Shown one piece after another: positions 37,365 through 50,714 of a stretch of DNA of 64,000 nt; the first letter of the stretch is position 1, and every line of letters begins with the position of its first letter. Both the position numbers and the translations under genes were made by a program. The stretch spans positions 124,001 through 188,000 of the forward strand of contig QPGO01000110.1 of the NCBI GenBank assembly GCA_008632985.1, read 5' to 3'. Under the pieces are notes generated by a model. It saw only the letters and a list, made by a program, of their open reading frames with translations, was not told the origin of the DNA and did no database searches. The stretch is from Psammoneis japonica (lineage: Eukaryota).

Positions 37365-40300
37365 TCAGGTCTCTGCAATGATTGGGTTTCTTCCCATCGT
37401 CACCGAACTCGACAGGCTTCCCCCAGTGGCTAAAGAAGAAGACCGTGAAGAAACGTTTAAGACGCTGCTTCTGTGGCAACTGCTGTCGAGACTTGCAGTG
37501 CTTGACCGGAACGAGTCTACCATGGCATCAAAATGCGCTCTACCTCTAAGGTTGGTGCCTCGTTTTTCTGCCAAAGCAGAAGTCGATGACTCAAGAAAGG
37601 GGTGCTGCTTGACCATGAGCTCTACCTTGACGTGTGCATTGCATTCATCCCAATTTGTGATTGACCTGACCAGGTAATTCTCTGCTTCAGCAGTTCTGAG
37701 CTTGTCAAGCGTGCACTTCCCAGCAAGCTCATTCGCGACAGCACTGGATGGAATGAAAAAACGCACAATGTGTGTGTGAGCCATTTCAAGAACTGATGTC
37801 ATCGGAGCTTCGGTTTCAAGAGAAAATCCGAGACTCACCTGAAGTGGTTTAGTCCACTGCGCGAAAATTGAGCGATTGCTTCATCACAGGCCTTCCTGGC
37901 TTCTGCCGCCGAGGTCGACTTTTTCCCACCCTTTGCTTCCGCTTGCAGCAATTTCAGCAGAGAGATGCTGTTGACTGGTCGCGTCTTGGAGACATTTGCC
38001 AATTCTGTGATTGCAGCCTTGGCAACCCTTGGACCTGTTCTGCTCCTGGGCTTCACCTTGGCAAGCCACAGACCAACAAGTCCGTCCACAAATGGAAGGA
38101 AGTAATTCATCATGTGTGTTCCGCTGAAACGACGGGCTACTTTCTTCAGAGACATTATCCGTTTCAAAGTTCTGTCTGCCAATGTGACATGTTCCAATGT
38201 GCAAGCATTGTAGAGCTGCAGATGCCACAAGCAGAGGACGTCAGCTGGAACGATGCGAGTGGACTCGTCGCAAAGTAACAAATTGTCCGAGAAAAGAGCG
38301 TGAGTGCAATCGTCTCTCGAGACAGATCCAATGGATTCTTGCTGACTCCCATCAAATTCAAAGCCAGTTGATGGGTTGGCAGTGTAAAAGCAAGAGGGAC
38401 ATCTTGACGACAAATCTGGAGCTGGGAGCCGAAATTCCGCATGTCGTCACTAAAGGGCCCAAGCGGCAGCCCACAGTTAAGGTGAATGAGGCAACAGCAG
38501 CTAATGCAGATAGATCCAAAGAACAGGTCCCCCGTTTCCAAGCCGATGCGGTGGCCAGCAATAAACGGCTCCAAAGAAGCACTGAGCGGAAGCTGAAGGT
38601 GATTCAAGTTGGCATGTGTCAAGGGACAGGCAGAAGCAAATGTTTCTTTGCGGCGCCCGGTCTTCAAGGCGAGCTGACCAAATCGAAAACCTTCATTGTA
38701 GTCGCCAAAGCTAGCGCACATAAAACCATGTGCGGAGCACATGCAAGGTGTTGCCTCAGACGAGCCTTCTCTAACCGTAATTCGAATGGCTCGAAGGAAA
38801 GCCAGGCCTGCGAAATTCACGTCTCCGTTCCACCCGCAGACGGAACCAACCTGCAGGATCTTAAGAATCGTTTTGATTTGTGTCGACTTTGTGGTCGGCA
38901 ATTCCGTAAAGAATTCGTCGAGTTTATTCTTGCAAGCTTTTCGGGCTTTGACGTGCTCCATTGCCACATGGTGGATGCCAACCTTCTTTGGCATGGGTTC
39001 CCCAAGCAACTTTAACACGCGACAACCCTGTGCAATAGCTTCCTTCCATTGACATTGTAAACCACACATCTGGAATTCCACAACCAAAGCGCGGACTGCG
39101 TCAGTTTCGCGCACAGCATTCTTCAAAATGATTTCGATGGTTCTTTTTACTTGGTCGAGCATTCCCAGGGAATGTTCCACTTCCGCACACGAATTGTGGA
39201 CTTCGAGGACGAGATCATAGTGACATAGCCAAAACGAGGGTTGGACGAGCTCGACTGCTTTTTGGAGAAAGTTAGAAACTGCCTCTATCCCTGCATTTTG
39301 CTTTGCAACCTTGGAAGCCTCGTGGTTCAACCTGACAAGGGAAAGCAGTGCTTTGTCGCCATCAATCACACTGGAGCCACGATTGAGTTGGTCAACTGCG
39401 ACAAAGAGGAAGCGAACGGACTCGTCCGGTTGGGCACTGTCTTCCTTGCATTGCCAAAGGTGCTTGCCAATCATGCAGTGTAACAGATCTCGAGCATGAC
39501 CGGTCTCGATGTGGTCGTAAACGCACTGCTGGATTCGATCGTGACTGAACTTCACAACATCTCCGGTTCGTTCCACAAAACCTTCATCTTCGGCGCGTTT
39601 TAAGGCTGCCTCAAACATTTTTTCCTCAAACTTTTCTCTCGTTACCCCGTCGGATAAATCCACGCATGGCGGTTTTTCCCGTCTTGGGATTTCTGCTGAA
39701 TTCTCGCATGCGGTCTGGTGATCTGGCACGAGATCACCCAGTGCGAGGGATCTGTCGCTCCCAACGTGATCATTTACAAAGGAACCGTTGCTCCCAACGA
39801 GATCATTTACGAAGGAACCGTTGCTCCCAACGAGATCATTTACGAAGGAACCGTTGCTCCCAACGAGATTATTTGCGAAGGAATCGTTGCTCCCAACGAG
39901 ATCAGCTACGAGGGAGCCGTTGCTCCCGAAGAGATCACCCAATGAGAGGGAACTGTCCCTCCGGCGCTGGAGATCCTTTACGAGGGAACTGTCGCTCCCA
40001 AGGGCCTTTACGAGGGATTTGTCGCTCCCTGCAGGAAGGATGTTGAGCCGTCCAACATTCATGTCGACACGCTTCAATAGTCCAACATCAACAGAGTGCC
40101 CCAGGCACGCTGCCAACTTGAGGATCCGTTGCACTCGGAGGGGTTCTCCCAGGAGACGTCGAGTCACCACATCGACAACATTTTCCGAAACGTTTGTGCC
40201 CGCAATAGCGCCATCTACATCCCACTCCCATTAAGTTTCGCAAAATTGTACCTTAGAAAGTTTTGGGTGTGAAATTGCTCCAGCATCTGAGTGACAAAGT

Positions 40301-41340
40301 AAGGATTGCCGTTTGTTTTGTGGCAAACCACCTTGGCGAGTGGCAGTGTGGTCTCAAGGTCGGAAGAAAGAATGTCTGACAACAACTGATTGACACTGTC
40401 AACGTCCAACTCGCCCAAAATCACGTCTGCAACAACACCCGCATCTGTCAAGTCCTCCACGCGTCTGAGAAAGTGTGAAGTAGCCTGAGGATCATCGTCT
40501 CGATGTGCAGCAACTAAGAGAAAGTTCTGCAGATCATCATCATGCAAAATGGAGGCGACCACATAAAGAAAAACACAAATGTGAGAGAGTTACAAAAAAC
40601 AGTGCACAAGAAAAAATGATGATGCTCCATGGTCTGGACGCACTCAGGTCTTGAGAGCACCGATCACTCTATTGCAAGTCGTCTAAAAAGAACATTGTCG
40701 GCCGAACCTCAACGGTGAAGTTGCGAAGAAAGGTTCGAAATGCAATGGCCAAACGCTCACTGGCAAGCACTGGCCCTTGCCTGTTGCCGTCATCTGGCCC
40801 AAAGGAGCTCTGTTCTTCACTGCTGTAGCCTGGCGAAGCACACTTGCCAAATGATGGTGTGAGTTTAGTCAAGATGTTTCCTTCATGCTTGAGACACTGC
40901 TCCATCTGGGTGCAGAGTGATCCTCCATCCTGTTGCAACTGTTGGCCAAGCATTTCAAACGCATCAACAATTGCACTGCAAGGAGCAGTTGCAGACGCAT
41001 GAAACTGATTGTGTTTGCCCTGAATGAAGAGGAATTTGTCATCCAAGTTGTGGTGTGTCTGATGCAGTCGTTCCGACCTGACCATTGAGAGCCCGTCCCT
41101 GCAGAGCGCAGTTTTCCCCGAACCGGAGAGGCCGTGAACCAAGCAAACACGACGGGGCATGTTCTGAACCCTGCCATCATTGCCGACATGATGAGGCAAG
41201 AAGCTTGTTCGAACTTCACGCAGGGTCTTGAGCTCGGCGTCTGCCCATGCAAACGTTTGTTTGACGAAAAGTCAAGACGCATGCCGTCCTGAGAACGTTT
41301 GCAGTGGTTCACATCGAAACTTCCGCTCATCATGCTGACA
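37365..41340 (-). pseudogene. STAND-type AAA_16 ATPase with TPR-like C-terminus, partially hypermutated
   Basis: Walker A VHGLSGSGKTAL, Walker B FFLDDLQ, KTNGNPYFVTQ, FSHDRIQQ, VDQLNRG. Stops and frameshifts; probable Tyr->His/Cys changes (LHGQ, APCSAI, GHRIGLETGD). Confidence 0.8.
39745..40030 (-). repeat. 30-bp coding tandem repeat (DLVGSNGSFVN-type, about 8 degenerate units) inside the ATPase gene
   Basis: ggaaccgttgctcccaacgagatcatttacgaa repeated with period 30. Confidence 0.9.
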
Positions 41341-42668
41341 ACTTTCACTTTGTGTACGCAACAACAGCAGCAGCTCTCAGCTCAATGGGTGTGGATGGCA
41401 CCCACCATGCAATGAAACCGCCGATGACGAACACAGATGATGAATGCAGTTACGTTGACGCAGCGTAGTGGGGCACCGCACAGGGTGACATGACAGCTGC
41501 ATGGCACATGGCATGGTCCCGGAACTGCATGGTGCATGGTCCCGAAAAAATGTTGGAGCTGAGCACCTGGCTGTTCGAGAGCAGGGCGCTGTTTGTCAGA
41601 TGTGTGGACAGGGAAAAAGGAGGGGCACAGTGGATGGTGGACGGTGGAAAAAAGGGAGGGAAATGTGGGACAACACAGGATGAAAGTGAGCGCAAATGCA
41701 GGTTGAAGTTGTGGCAGGCAGACATCACATTGTGAATGTGAAAGAATGTGAGGACAAAGCCGCAGCGCAGCAAAGTTCTTGTTGGGCACAGATGAATTTG
41801 AAAATCTTCCAAGTGTCACTGCTGATCTTTGCCCAGTTGTTTTTCTTGGCAGCTGGCAGGGATTGTCAACCCCAGTTTGGGAATTGACAGTGGCACAACT
41901 TTGGGCCAACAGGTGTGGTGCAACACATTTTGTTGGCAATGTCATTTGGTCCTTTGACAAGCCGGTGGAGCGGCACCTTTGTGTGTGCACTGTTTGAGAA
42001 AGCAAGGCCACCGCCAGAAAGAGTTGCTGGCTTGTTCACAGGATGAATTTTGCTTGCAATTGTGGGCATTGTCATCTTTGCAAAGAAGCGCCATTTGAGA
42101 GGGCAAGGAGTCATCACAAGACTGCTGCCAGAAAGAACTGCTGGCTTGCTCACAGGATTCTCAGCTTGCAGCACTTTCCATTGTGACATCCCAAATGCTT
42201 TGATTTTCCCAGAGGTGAAACAGGGCACATGTGCCAGCACTTGTTCACGTCAATGAAAGACAATGTGTTGACTTGCGTTGGTCGCCACACACCAACAATC
42301 TTTTTCATCAGAAAAACGAGCACAAGGAAAGATCAGGAACACTCCGCACAAATCCGCGCACATGGTGCAAAAGTTGCTGCCATCAGAGCAGGTCTCCACA
42401 ATCCCTTCATTGGGCTTTCTTGCTCAAGGGAGGTTTTGTCAGTTTGTCAAGTGACAAAACACATCACTCAGAGAAGATTCCACAACAAGTCATTCTTGGG
42501 TCACAACAACTTTCAACTCTGACATCAGACAGGGATTCACTTGGAGGGCAGCATCACAACAAGCACTCACTTTTAAAGGGCAATGTCATCTTAAAAGTTC
42601 ATGGAATTTCACTGGTCCCACAAAGCTGTCACAGGACAACTGATGCAAGACACTTGTTTGGGAGATCA

Positions 42669-43058
42669 GACGCGTTCCAGGTCTAGGTGGGACCTCGTAC
42701 TACTGAACTGTGACATCGATAGTTTTTTGAGTCTCGTCGTATGTCGCGCACGTAGATTTCTACGTGATTTTTTCGATATTTTGTGTCATTTTACGGTACA
42801 CTTATTGAGCGATCCGTCCAACAACTTTTGACATTTTTTGTTACAGCGCGATTCTACAATGTCTTAAGAATCGCGTAGGGCAGGCGAAGTTGCAAAAACG
42901 TCGAGTGGTAAGAGGCATAATTGTACCACAAACTTGGCCGTTTATTTGATGTTGAAGATAAATATATCCATTAATTAAATTCTCGTACTACGGAGCTCGC
43001 ACGTAGAATTCTACGGGCCCAATGTCACAAGGAGTCCCACCTAGGGCTGGAACGCGTC
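42669..43058. mobile_element. 390-bp MITE with about 25-bp TIRs and 4-bp TSD ATCA
   Basis: Left GACGCGTTCCAGGTCTAGGTGGGAC; right GTCCCACCTAGGGCTGGAACGCGTC; ATCA at 42665-42668 and 43059-43062. TpA- and CpG-rich, unlike its flanks. Confidence 0.88.
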
Positions 43059-44559
43059 ATCAGGGCACCCTCTGAGGTTCCCCTGAACAACCAACATGAT
43101 GCCGTTGTGACCAGTCAGCTCTCACTTTGTCCAACGGTCAAGTGTTGACAATCAGTTGTTTGTCAGATTGTCGCCAAAACAAATTTCACTTTCATGGATA
43201 AATTGGCACACCTCCATTGAGGTCATTTGACATTGCTCTCCATTGCTCGCACATCACATCTGTTGTTGACTCATCACATGTGTGACATTGCTGTCCACAG
43301 CGGGAATGACCTTAAAAAAACTTTTCCAGAATCACCCAGTGGTTGATGTCAGCATCAACAGCACCCAAAGTGGTGTGTGATGCATTTGGCCAATTTGCAA
43401 CACACGAACACCCCATTGATTCATGCAACCAAAGTGACATCAAATTGCCACCATAAAAAACAGTCAAAAATCCCCAAAATGACAACACACCTTGAAAATG
43501 AGATCATGAAGGCATGCTTTTCTCTCCACCAAACAAACCACCATGAACCATTTGCAATGAACTGATGCTGTCATAAAAAGTCACTGGTCCATTTTTTCAT
43601 GGTAAAAAAAAAAACTGTTTTTTTGGGGGGGGGGGGGGTCAGGCACTCATGAACCCACCATTCTGGCATGTGAAGAGTTGCCATTGGATTTCAGACTGAC
43701 TCTGGGCTCCTCCCCATCATCGACCTGTCACACAGCTGACCCATGGAAGACATGCCAATGGACCAAGCAGCCATCACGCAATGTGTGCAGCAGTGGCATG
43801 CACAAACACTGGAACCTGCTTTGCCAAACCAGAAACACCAACAGTCTGACTTTTGCAGCAGTGGCAGACACATTCATCATGCTGGCAATTTGAAGTTGAT
43901 GTTGTGCGCGCTCCTGCAAAGTGCCTTTGAAAGAGTCACGCCATTGCTCCTGTTGCACTGCCGCCAACAAGATGATGAAAGCAAGCCATGTGCTTCATGA
44001 GGATGACAAGTGCATGAGGACAAACATGAGGGTGTCAATGATGAGGATGAGGAGTCAGAGTGCGGCACAGCAGAAGGTGACAACATTCTCATTGCCAAGT
44101 CAGCAACAGCACACTCTCATCTAGAGTGACCCTGGTGGTGTCAACAACGTGCAAGTCCAACAGTTTGGCAATGGCTCATGCTCTGCCTGGCTCACATCAT
44201 GGACATGAGTGTTTCATGAGTTGGGTCATGCCACTGAGACACATTTTTTGAAGAGGCAGTGATCTCACACATGCGCCAACAATCTTGGCACATCCTGAGT
44301 CCTTGCTCAAGAAGTGGTTGACACGGCCAGCCCCTGCCCCAGTGCAGCATCTACAAGGCAAAGTCAATGATGCTCCTGCAGAGCAGAGCCCAGCTCAGGA
44401 GCTGTTGACTCCCTTTCACAATTTGCTGCTCACTGCACCCAACAAATGCACCCCCCCTGTGCTGCCCTTGCTTTTGCCATCAGCTCTTGAGCTGCCCTCT
44501 CTAGAGCAACCAGAGCTGGCGCAGGTGCCCAGAGCTGAGATTTTGCTGTTTGCTTCTTT

Positions 44560-44846
44560 GAGCTGTGACAACAGCTTCTAACTCTTCTTCTTGAGTGACT
44601 TGACAGATGCAATGTGATGCTTGGGGTTTCTGGGCATTTTGTTGACACCTGGACCACATGCTGTGTGCTCATCAACAACTTTCTGCTTGCCCCCCTTGCT
44701 CAACTGGCACCAACTCTCATGGAATCTGGCGTTGATCAATCCATTTGCATTGCACGTGGCATCACCCTCTCCCCCCCCCCCCCCCCCCCCGATGCAATCA
44801 GACAGCAATGCACAATCAACTGGAAGGGTGGCAACCTTTGTGGTGA
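44560..44846 (-). mobile_element. 3' part of an older copia-like gag relic interrupted by the younger copia
   Basis: The reading ...ANHLT(51912)|TKVATLP(44846)... is continuous once the insert and one TSD copy are removed; WCQLSKGGKQKVVDE resembles a gag C-terminal motif. Confidence 0.65.
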
Positions 44847-45109
44847 TGACAGAAATTGAAGGCAAATGGCAAGAATTCAAACAACAACTCCTTGCTGCTG
44901 TCCAAACAGCAGATGAGTCTCTGCTCAGAGCCGAAAGATGTGCAAGTCGGTGCAATCGGGCTGCTGTTGTCATTCTTGTGAGCCTTGTGGCTCGAAAGCA
45001 AACCACATCGCGCGCGAACGCGCGGAACCAAAGCACACAAAACTGTGCACGGCAAACTAAACAGCGCGCGACATTTCGCGCGCACCCAAATCCTGTTCAA
45101 ATCCTGTCA
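44847..45109 (-). repeat. 3' LTR
   Basis: Direct repeat of 51635-51911 with TG...CA termini. Confidence 0.95.
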
Positions 45110-48100
45110 CTCCCCAGTTTGCTTGAGGAGTCACAGAAACAGATTCGACTTCGGATGGAATGAAGTTCCAGAACATGAGGGGGCGGAGAAGGTCCCAGAT
45201 TTGGGAGTGACCCCAATGCTTGCTGAGAATGTCAGCAGGGTTGCGGGAGCCTTCGATGAAGTGGAGCTCAAGGTGACCAGAGGCGATTGCCTCACGCACA
45301 CGGTGGAACGACAGTGCGGTGTGTCGCTTGTGTAACTTGGAGTGCGGGATGGTGGCACTGTCTACAACTGACTTGTTGTCACCAAACATGCAACTGACAT
45401 TGCGGATCGGGACGCCAAGGCAGCGCAGGGTGATGCGCAGGTCGATGGTCTGCTTGACACAAGTCCTTGCGGCAACAAATTCAGACCCGTGGGTCGCAGT
45501 CTCCACGGTGGCTTGCTTCTTAGAGAACCAATCAGCCGGGAATTTGTTGAGGAAGTGGAGCATTCCCATGACAGAGCGTCCGGTGAGCATGCAATGGCAC
45601 AAGTTTGCATCGACGTAGTGGGTGGCAGTGACGAACTTGCCAAGGGGCGGTGGAGCGTCCTTCGGGATCATCTCTTCTGCTTCGCCGCACACGGAATGCA
45701 TCCATTCACAGGCCGGAGCAGGGAGATCCGAATGGTCGGGCTCTTCCGTGTGAACGCGGAGAGCGCCGTGTCGCATCTTGGAGAGGCACCCACAGACGCG
45801 TTTGGCACGATCCAAGTGGCCATGACGGGGTGCAGCTCGGAAGCTAGAGAGTGACATGACGGCCGTGGCAATGTCAATTCGACCAAGAGACACTGCCCAT
45901 TGGAGTGAACCAACAAGGGGCTGGAACTTGTGAATGCCATCGGGCTCCAGCAGTTCGGAAGTGTCCAGTTCGGGGTGGTCACCCTTCTCCAGAGGTGACA
46001 GGGCGTTGGTGGCAGGTTTCTCCCCAAACAGTCGAGTGCAGCTGTCGACCATGCGCTCGATGTACTTGCACGGAGACAGGCACAAGGTGCCGTCAGGATC
46101 CGGGAAAAGTCGCAACCCAGATGGAACTCAATGGGTCCCGCACCCTTGAGCTTGAACTTGCACTTTTCCGTGAGAGTGTCGACGAAGGATTGAGGGTCCT
46201 TCATGGCAATGGCGAGGTCATCCACATAAACGGCAATGTGTTCACAGTGGTCGCCGTTCCCGCGCATCCAAATGTCGGGTTCGGCGCGGCAGGGGAAGAA
46301 GCCTTCAGCTCGCAGGCAGTCGGCAAAGCGCTCGTGCCAGCGGAGACCGGAGCTGCGCAGTCCATGCAGGGCCTTGTGGATGACAAGGATGTGTCCTTCG
46401 AGTTTGCCAAATTCGGGTCCGGCCACAATGTAGAGCTTCTCCTTGGTGGTGGCCTCAAGACAGGCATTGCCAATGTCGGTGGCCCATGTCTCCAACTCGT
46501 TGAGTTCGGCCAGGAAAATCATCAGCCGAAGGCCACGGAGGGAGACTGCTCCGGAGTGGACACTGTCGACAGGCATGTCCGTGAGGTGCCCATCGGCTGC
46601 GAGTCGTGCCTTGTGGCAACCGTCGTGTTTCACGTCATGCGCTGGGTGCACTCGGATCTTCTTGTGTCCCGCAGGAGGAGTGGAAGACTCGAAGGGCCCG
46701 CAGTCATGGAAGACTTCGTATTCCTCGAGTTGGTCCATCTCGAGATTAGTTGCGTCTCCCCATTTGCGGTTGCCGTTGCGCTCTTCTAGTGACATGGCGT
46801 GTTTGCAGTTCCGGGGAACTTCGCATCCGCACTTGCAGCGAGGTGCAGTGCGGAAGGAGCGAAGCTTGGCTTGGTTGGCCATGCGAGGTGGCTTCTTTTG
46901 GCGCCTCGCGATGGTGCGGAACTGCTTCCAGCCATCCGTGTCGAGAAGTCCGTTCTCTCGTGCATGGATGGCGCAGGTGACGGGGTCGTCCTTGGCGATG
47001 ATGGCAAGAGGCTCGGACGTGATCTCCCCACTTTCCCATTCAAGCATGATGTTGTAGCTTGAGCCTTTCCAGGTTGGGTCATGAGGCTTCAGAGGTCCTT
47101 CGTGTGACACGATGCGTCGGAATTTCCAAACAGCAGTGTCTTCATCTTCTTGCTCAATGTGATTCATGATGTCGTTGCAGGCAAGGACTTCCTCGCATTC
47201 GTCGTTGTTGACAGAGCAGACGAACTCAGCAAGCTCGGGATTGCTGTTCACTTTCCATTCGTGGTCTTCGACGGCCTTGACGATGCGAGCTCTGTGGCGT
47301 TGTCCGTCCTCTTGTGGCTGCATGAGGAAGGTGCGTCCGATGATGTCTGGCGGATTGAAAACTGGCATCTTGGGTGTCCTGATCTCCCCATCAGGAGAAT
47401 CGACGGGGTTGTCGTCATGGCGAGATTTGATGATGGGTTCAGGTGGCTCCCCATCAGGAGGATCAAGACGCAGGTTTCGAACGGCAGGATCGGTGGCAGC
47501 GGGGTGTACGTTGGACCGGCAGAGGATCTTCTGAGTCTCGTCAGAGAGAATCTTGAAGGTCATCTGGTGGCCGACGTGCTCAGCAATGCCAACGAAGCGT
47601 CCACGCAACTCACGGGATTCGGACGGCCAATCGGAGTCATCGAGGTGGAAGCACACGGGTTCCCACCAGTGAAAGCGAAGCAATGGGCTGATGTCCGGGG
47701 TGGAGCCAGTGAGAGTCTCGAGGGGCGTGCGCCAGTGGAGACGTGGGGACGCGGTGTGGTTGAGTGTGAAGCACACACACATGAGCGCCAGCAGCCATGT
47801 GTGGGCGGGCGAACCAAAACGATCCATGACAGTGTTCGCCATGCGCTTCACGGTCTGGTGTCGACACTCGGCAAAGTTTTGGTGTTGCTGGTGAGGCTCA
47901 CTTTGCCAGCTGGAGATGAAGAGGGCTCGCACTTTGTTGCTGATCTCAACTTGAGCACGGTCGCCAATGAGTTTGGATGGGGCACCACGCTCACGGATCT
48001 GATCCTCGAGTGTGTTGACAAACTCTTTGTCCGTCTTGGTGCCGCAGATGTCAGTGACGGTAGACTCGGTGCCAACAAACAGTTGGGCGCTGGTGCAACC

Positions 48101-50714
48101 GGAGTCAACGGCCGGGGTGTCGGCACAAACGGTGTCAGTGGCGACAGGCTCGTTGCGGCGGTGCACATTGAGGGCGGGGTTGGGTGATTTGCAGGCCTTC
48201 CTAAGGTGTGCACCGGCGGGCATGTGGGCGCACTGCGTGGTGCAGTCAAAAGTACGACGGACCGCATCGGCAGGCAAGAAGCCAAAGCAAGGCCGAAGAG
48301 ACTCGAAGGGGGGGGTCCTTGGGCTGCACAGTGCGCTCCGGGGGCGGAACGTCGTCGTCCTTGGGGTCAATCGCGTGTAGATGACACTCGTAGAACACGT
48401 CGTCGTTCGGAATGAGGTGATCATCGAGGGCGGACGCGTGATCGGCAGACAAGGAAGCGGACATGATGGTCTCGTTGACAACGACACGATGACGGTAGTT
48501 GCCGCATTCGTCAAGTGGGTTGGCAGTGGGATCGTCCTGCAGGTCAGAGATCGCGTCGCACCACTGGTCGTCGTCAGTGACAGAGTGATCGAGGACGGAA
48601 GGGTCCCATGTGTCATCACCGGTGAGGATGACATGGGGCAGGGTGTCCCACTCGGCATCAGTGTAAGGTCGCATGGCAACACAAGGCAGGCTGCCCTTGA
48701 TGTCAATGGGGATGACACAGCCATCAGGAGTGGCAACACGTTGCAAGCCGTTGGGCACCTTGACAGAGCGATCGTTGACATCCTGTTTGTGCCACTCGAG
48801 TTGGCCGCAGGAATGGATGGTCTTGCCCTTGCCCGTGCATGTGCACTGATGGAGGATGGCGATGACGGGACCACGCTGGGTCTCAATGACGGCACCAGCG
48901 GTGACAATGGGGATGTCCACCAATTGATGGTCGTCAATGCCCTGAACATCGACTTGGCGAGAGGTGCGTGCAATGACGCGAACGTCATCGCCAGCAATGC
49001 CGCCGTTGGCCCCACGATCGACCAGAGCACCAGTGCGTGTGGAGCGATGAGCAGAGGCAGAGCAAATGACATTGTGGTCATCAACGTGACGGCAAGTGCG
49101 GCCGTTGGGTTCTGTGTCATCGGCAGAAACTGGCGGGGTAGAGGGAGCGGCGGATGGCCCCGGTCGGCTGGCATTGGGGGCTTGGTTAGGAGACAACAGA
49201 CGTTGTAGATCACCGGGTGGCAGTGGCTTGCGCTTGGTGAGGTGCGCCAGGATGGGATCATCCAAAGTGGCGTCCACATTTGGAGCGGAGTCACCAGAGT
49301 CAGCAGGAGTCGTGTGGGACAAGTTGACATCACCGTCACTCCCAAGGCGTTGGTCGTGAAGGTTGGCCGTAACGGACTCATGGTGGTCACTGTCTCGCGG
49401 GTTACGGGGAGGCGGACGAGAATGCTCAAGGATGATCGCCTTGGAGGAATGGGGCAACGAATCCCAAATCCGTTGGTGGTCGGGAGGGAGACGTTTCCAT
49501 TGGTCACCGGTGAGGCTGGGACCACGGGTGCAGGCAGCATTGGCCTGAAGGACGTCAATGTCACTGTCAATGTCACAGAACACATCGTCGGACGGTTCCT
49601 CGGAGTGGACGTCGTGTGCGTGTGTGGCACATCGGGGAGCTCGAGGTGTCGTCTTGGGTTGAAACGCACTGTCGCATTGAGCTGCCGCGGAGAGGAGCAA
49701 GCCACAGTGTTGATCGCATGTGAGGCTCTTGCCACTCTGCGTACGATGCTGATCAGCTTGGTTCTTGACAGCACGGAGTTCCTCGACAGGGTGCACGGCA
49801 TTCTCGAGCATGACGCGCTTCTGTCCTTCAGAGAAGTGGTCACTGGCCGGGATGAGTGCCTTGCACTTGCACAACTGATCTTGCCAATGAAGGATGAACC
49901 CGTGGGTCAGACCTTTCCAAGTGCCATCACCAAGACGTGCGGTGGTGAGGTGCGTTGGCAAGGTGGAGGACTCGACAGATGCGCGGGTGGAGGCAAGCGC
50001 ATGCTCAGACAAGGCGCGGCAGACGGTCTGGGCATCAGAAGACCCCACATTTTCGCGGATGAGAGCCTTGCCCTTGTCGGTGAGAAGGATGCGTTTGAAG
50101 ATGGCGAACATGCACTTTTGCTGTTCAGCAAAGAGCAGTTTGTCTTCGGGGCTGGTCGGTTTGTACGACGAGTCTAGAATGCACTCGACGTCTTGGGCAC
50201 GGGCTTGTGCCACAAGTGAGGTGTGCCAAGTGTGCCACTGCTTGTCAGATTTGAGAGCCGTGAAAGCGGTGGGATCACGCTTGATGCCTCGCTTGAAGTC
50301 CTGCACCAGGTCGCGTGCCTTGGTCGGGTTGGTGACATGCGGAGGTGCGAGGGGTGAGCTGCCGATGGACACAGAAGACATGTGGTCGGGGCTGAGGCGG
50401 CAGGCAAGGAACTCGTCATGCGTGAACAGCGAGGAGTCATTGGCAACGTCAAGACCTTTGTGTGCTTTGACAATGCACAGACCAACTAGAGCTGCTCACA
50501 TGTTCTTACAACCACGGGGCAAAGGGATCACATTGGTGCCATTGTCGCACTCAAGCGAGTCGATTTGGGACGGTGTGAACGTGAACAGTTCTTGATGTGA
50601 GTCCGTGCCGTCTTGGGCCAAAGCCAAACGAAGAGGGCTCCCAGCACCTTGGGCAAGCACGGCTCCAACAACGTGCTCGAAACCATCGGTTTGTTGCTGA
50701 CGAGTGAGAACCAT
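45110..50714 (-). pseudogene. Copia gag-pol polyprotein, frameshifted and Tyr-depleted
   Basis: gag FKRGIKRDPTAF; protease LVDRGANGG; integrase VATDTVCADTP...SEPHQQHQNFAE; RT TDIGNACLEA and AVYVDDLAI; RNase H FGDNKSVV and NPADILSKHW. Confidence 0.92.

Noticed and set aside
39745..40030. 30-bp periodic repeat as a possible CRISPR array
   Set aside because: Head-to-tail units without unique spacers, in frame within a eukaryotic gene.
43604..44790. Poly-G (about 43626) and poly-C (about 44770) runs as G-quadruplex elements
   Set aside because: Simple homopolymers in decayed repeats, with unreliable length in this assembly.
45057..50714. Alternative genetic code or RNA editing restoring Tyr in the copia
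   Set aside because: Neighbouring genes use TAT/TAC normally, the changes occur on both strands and in the non-coding LTRs, and the element is frameshifted.
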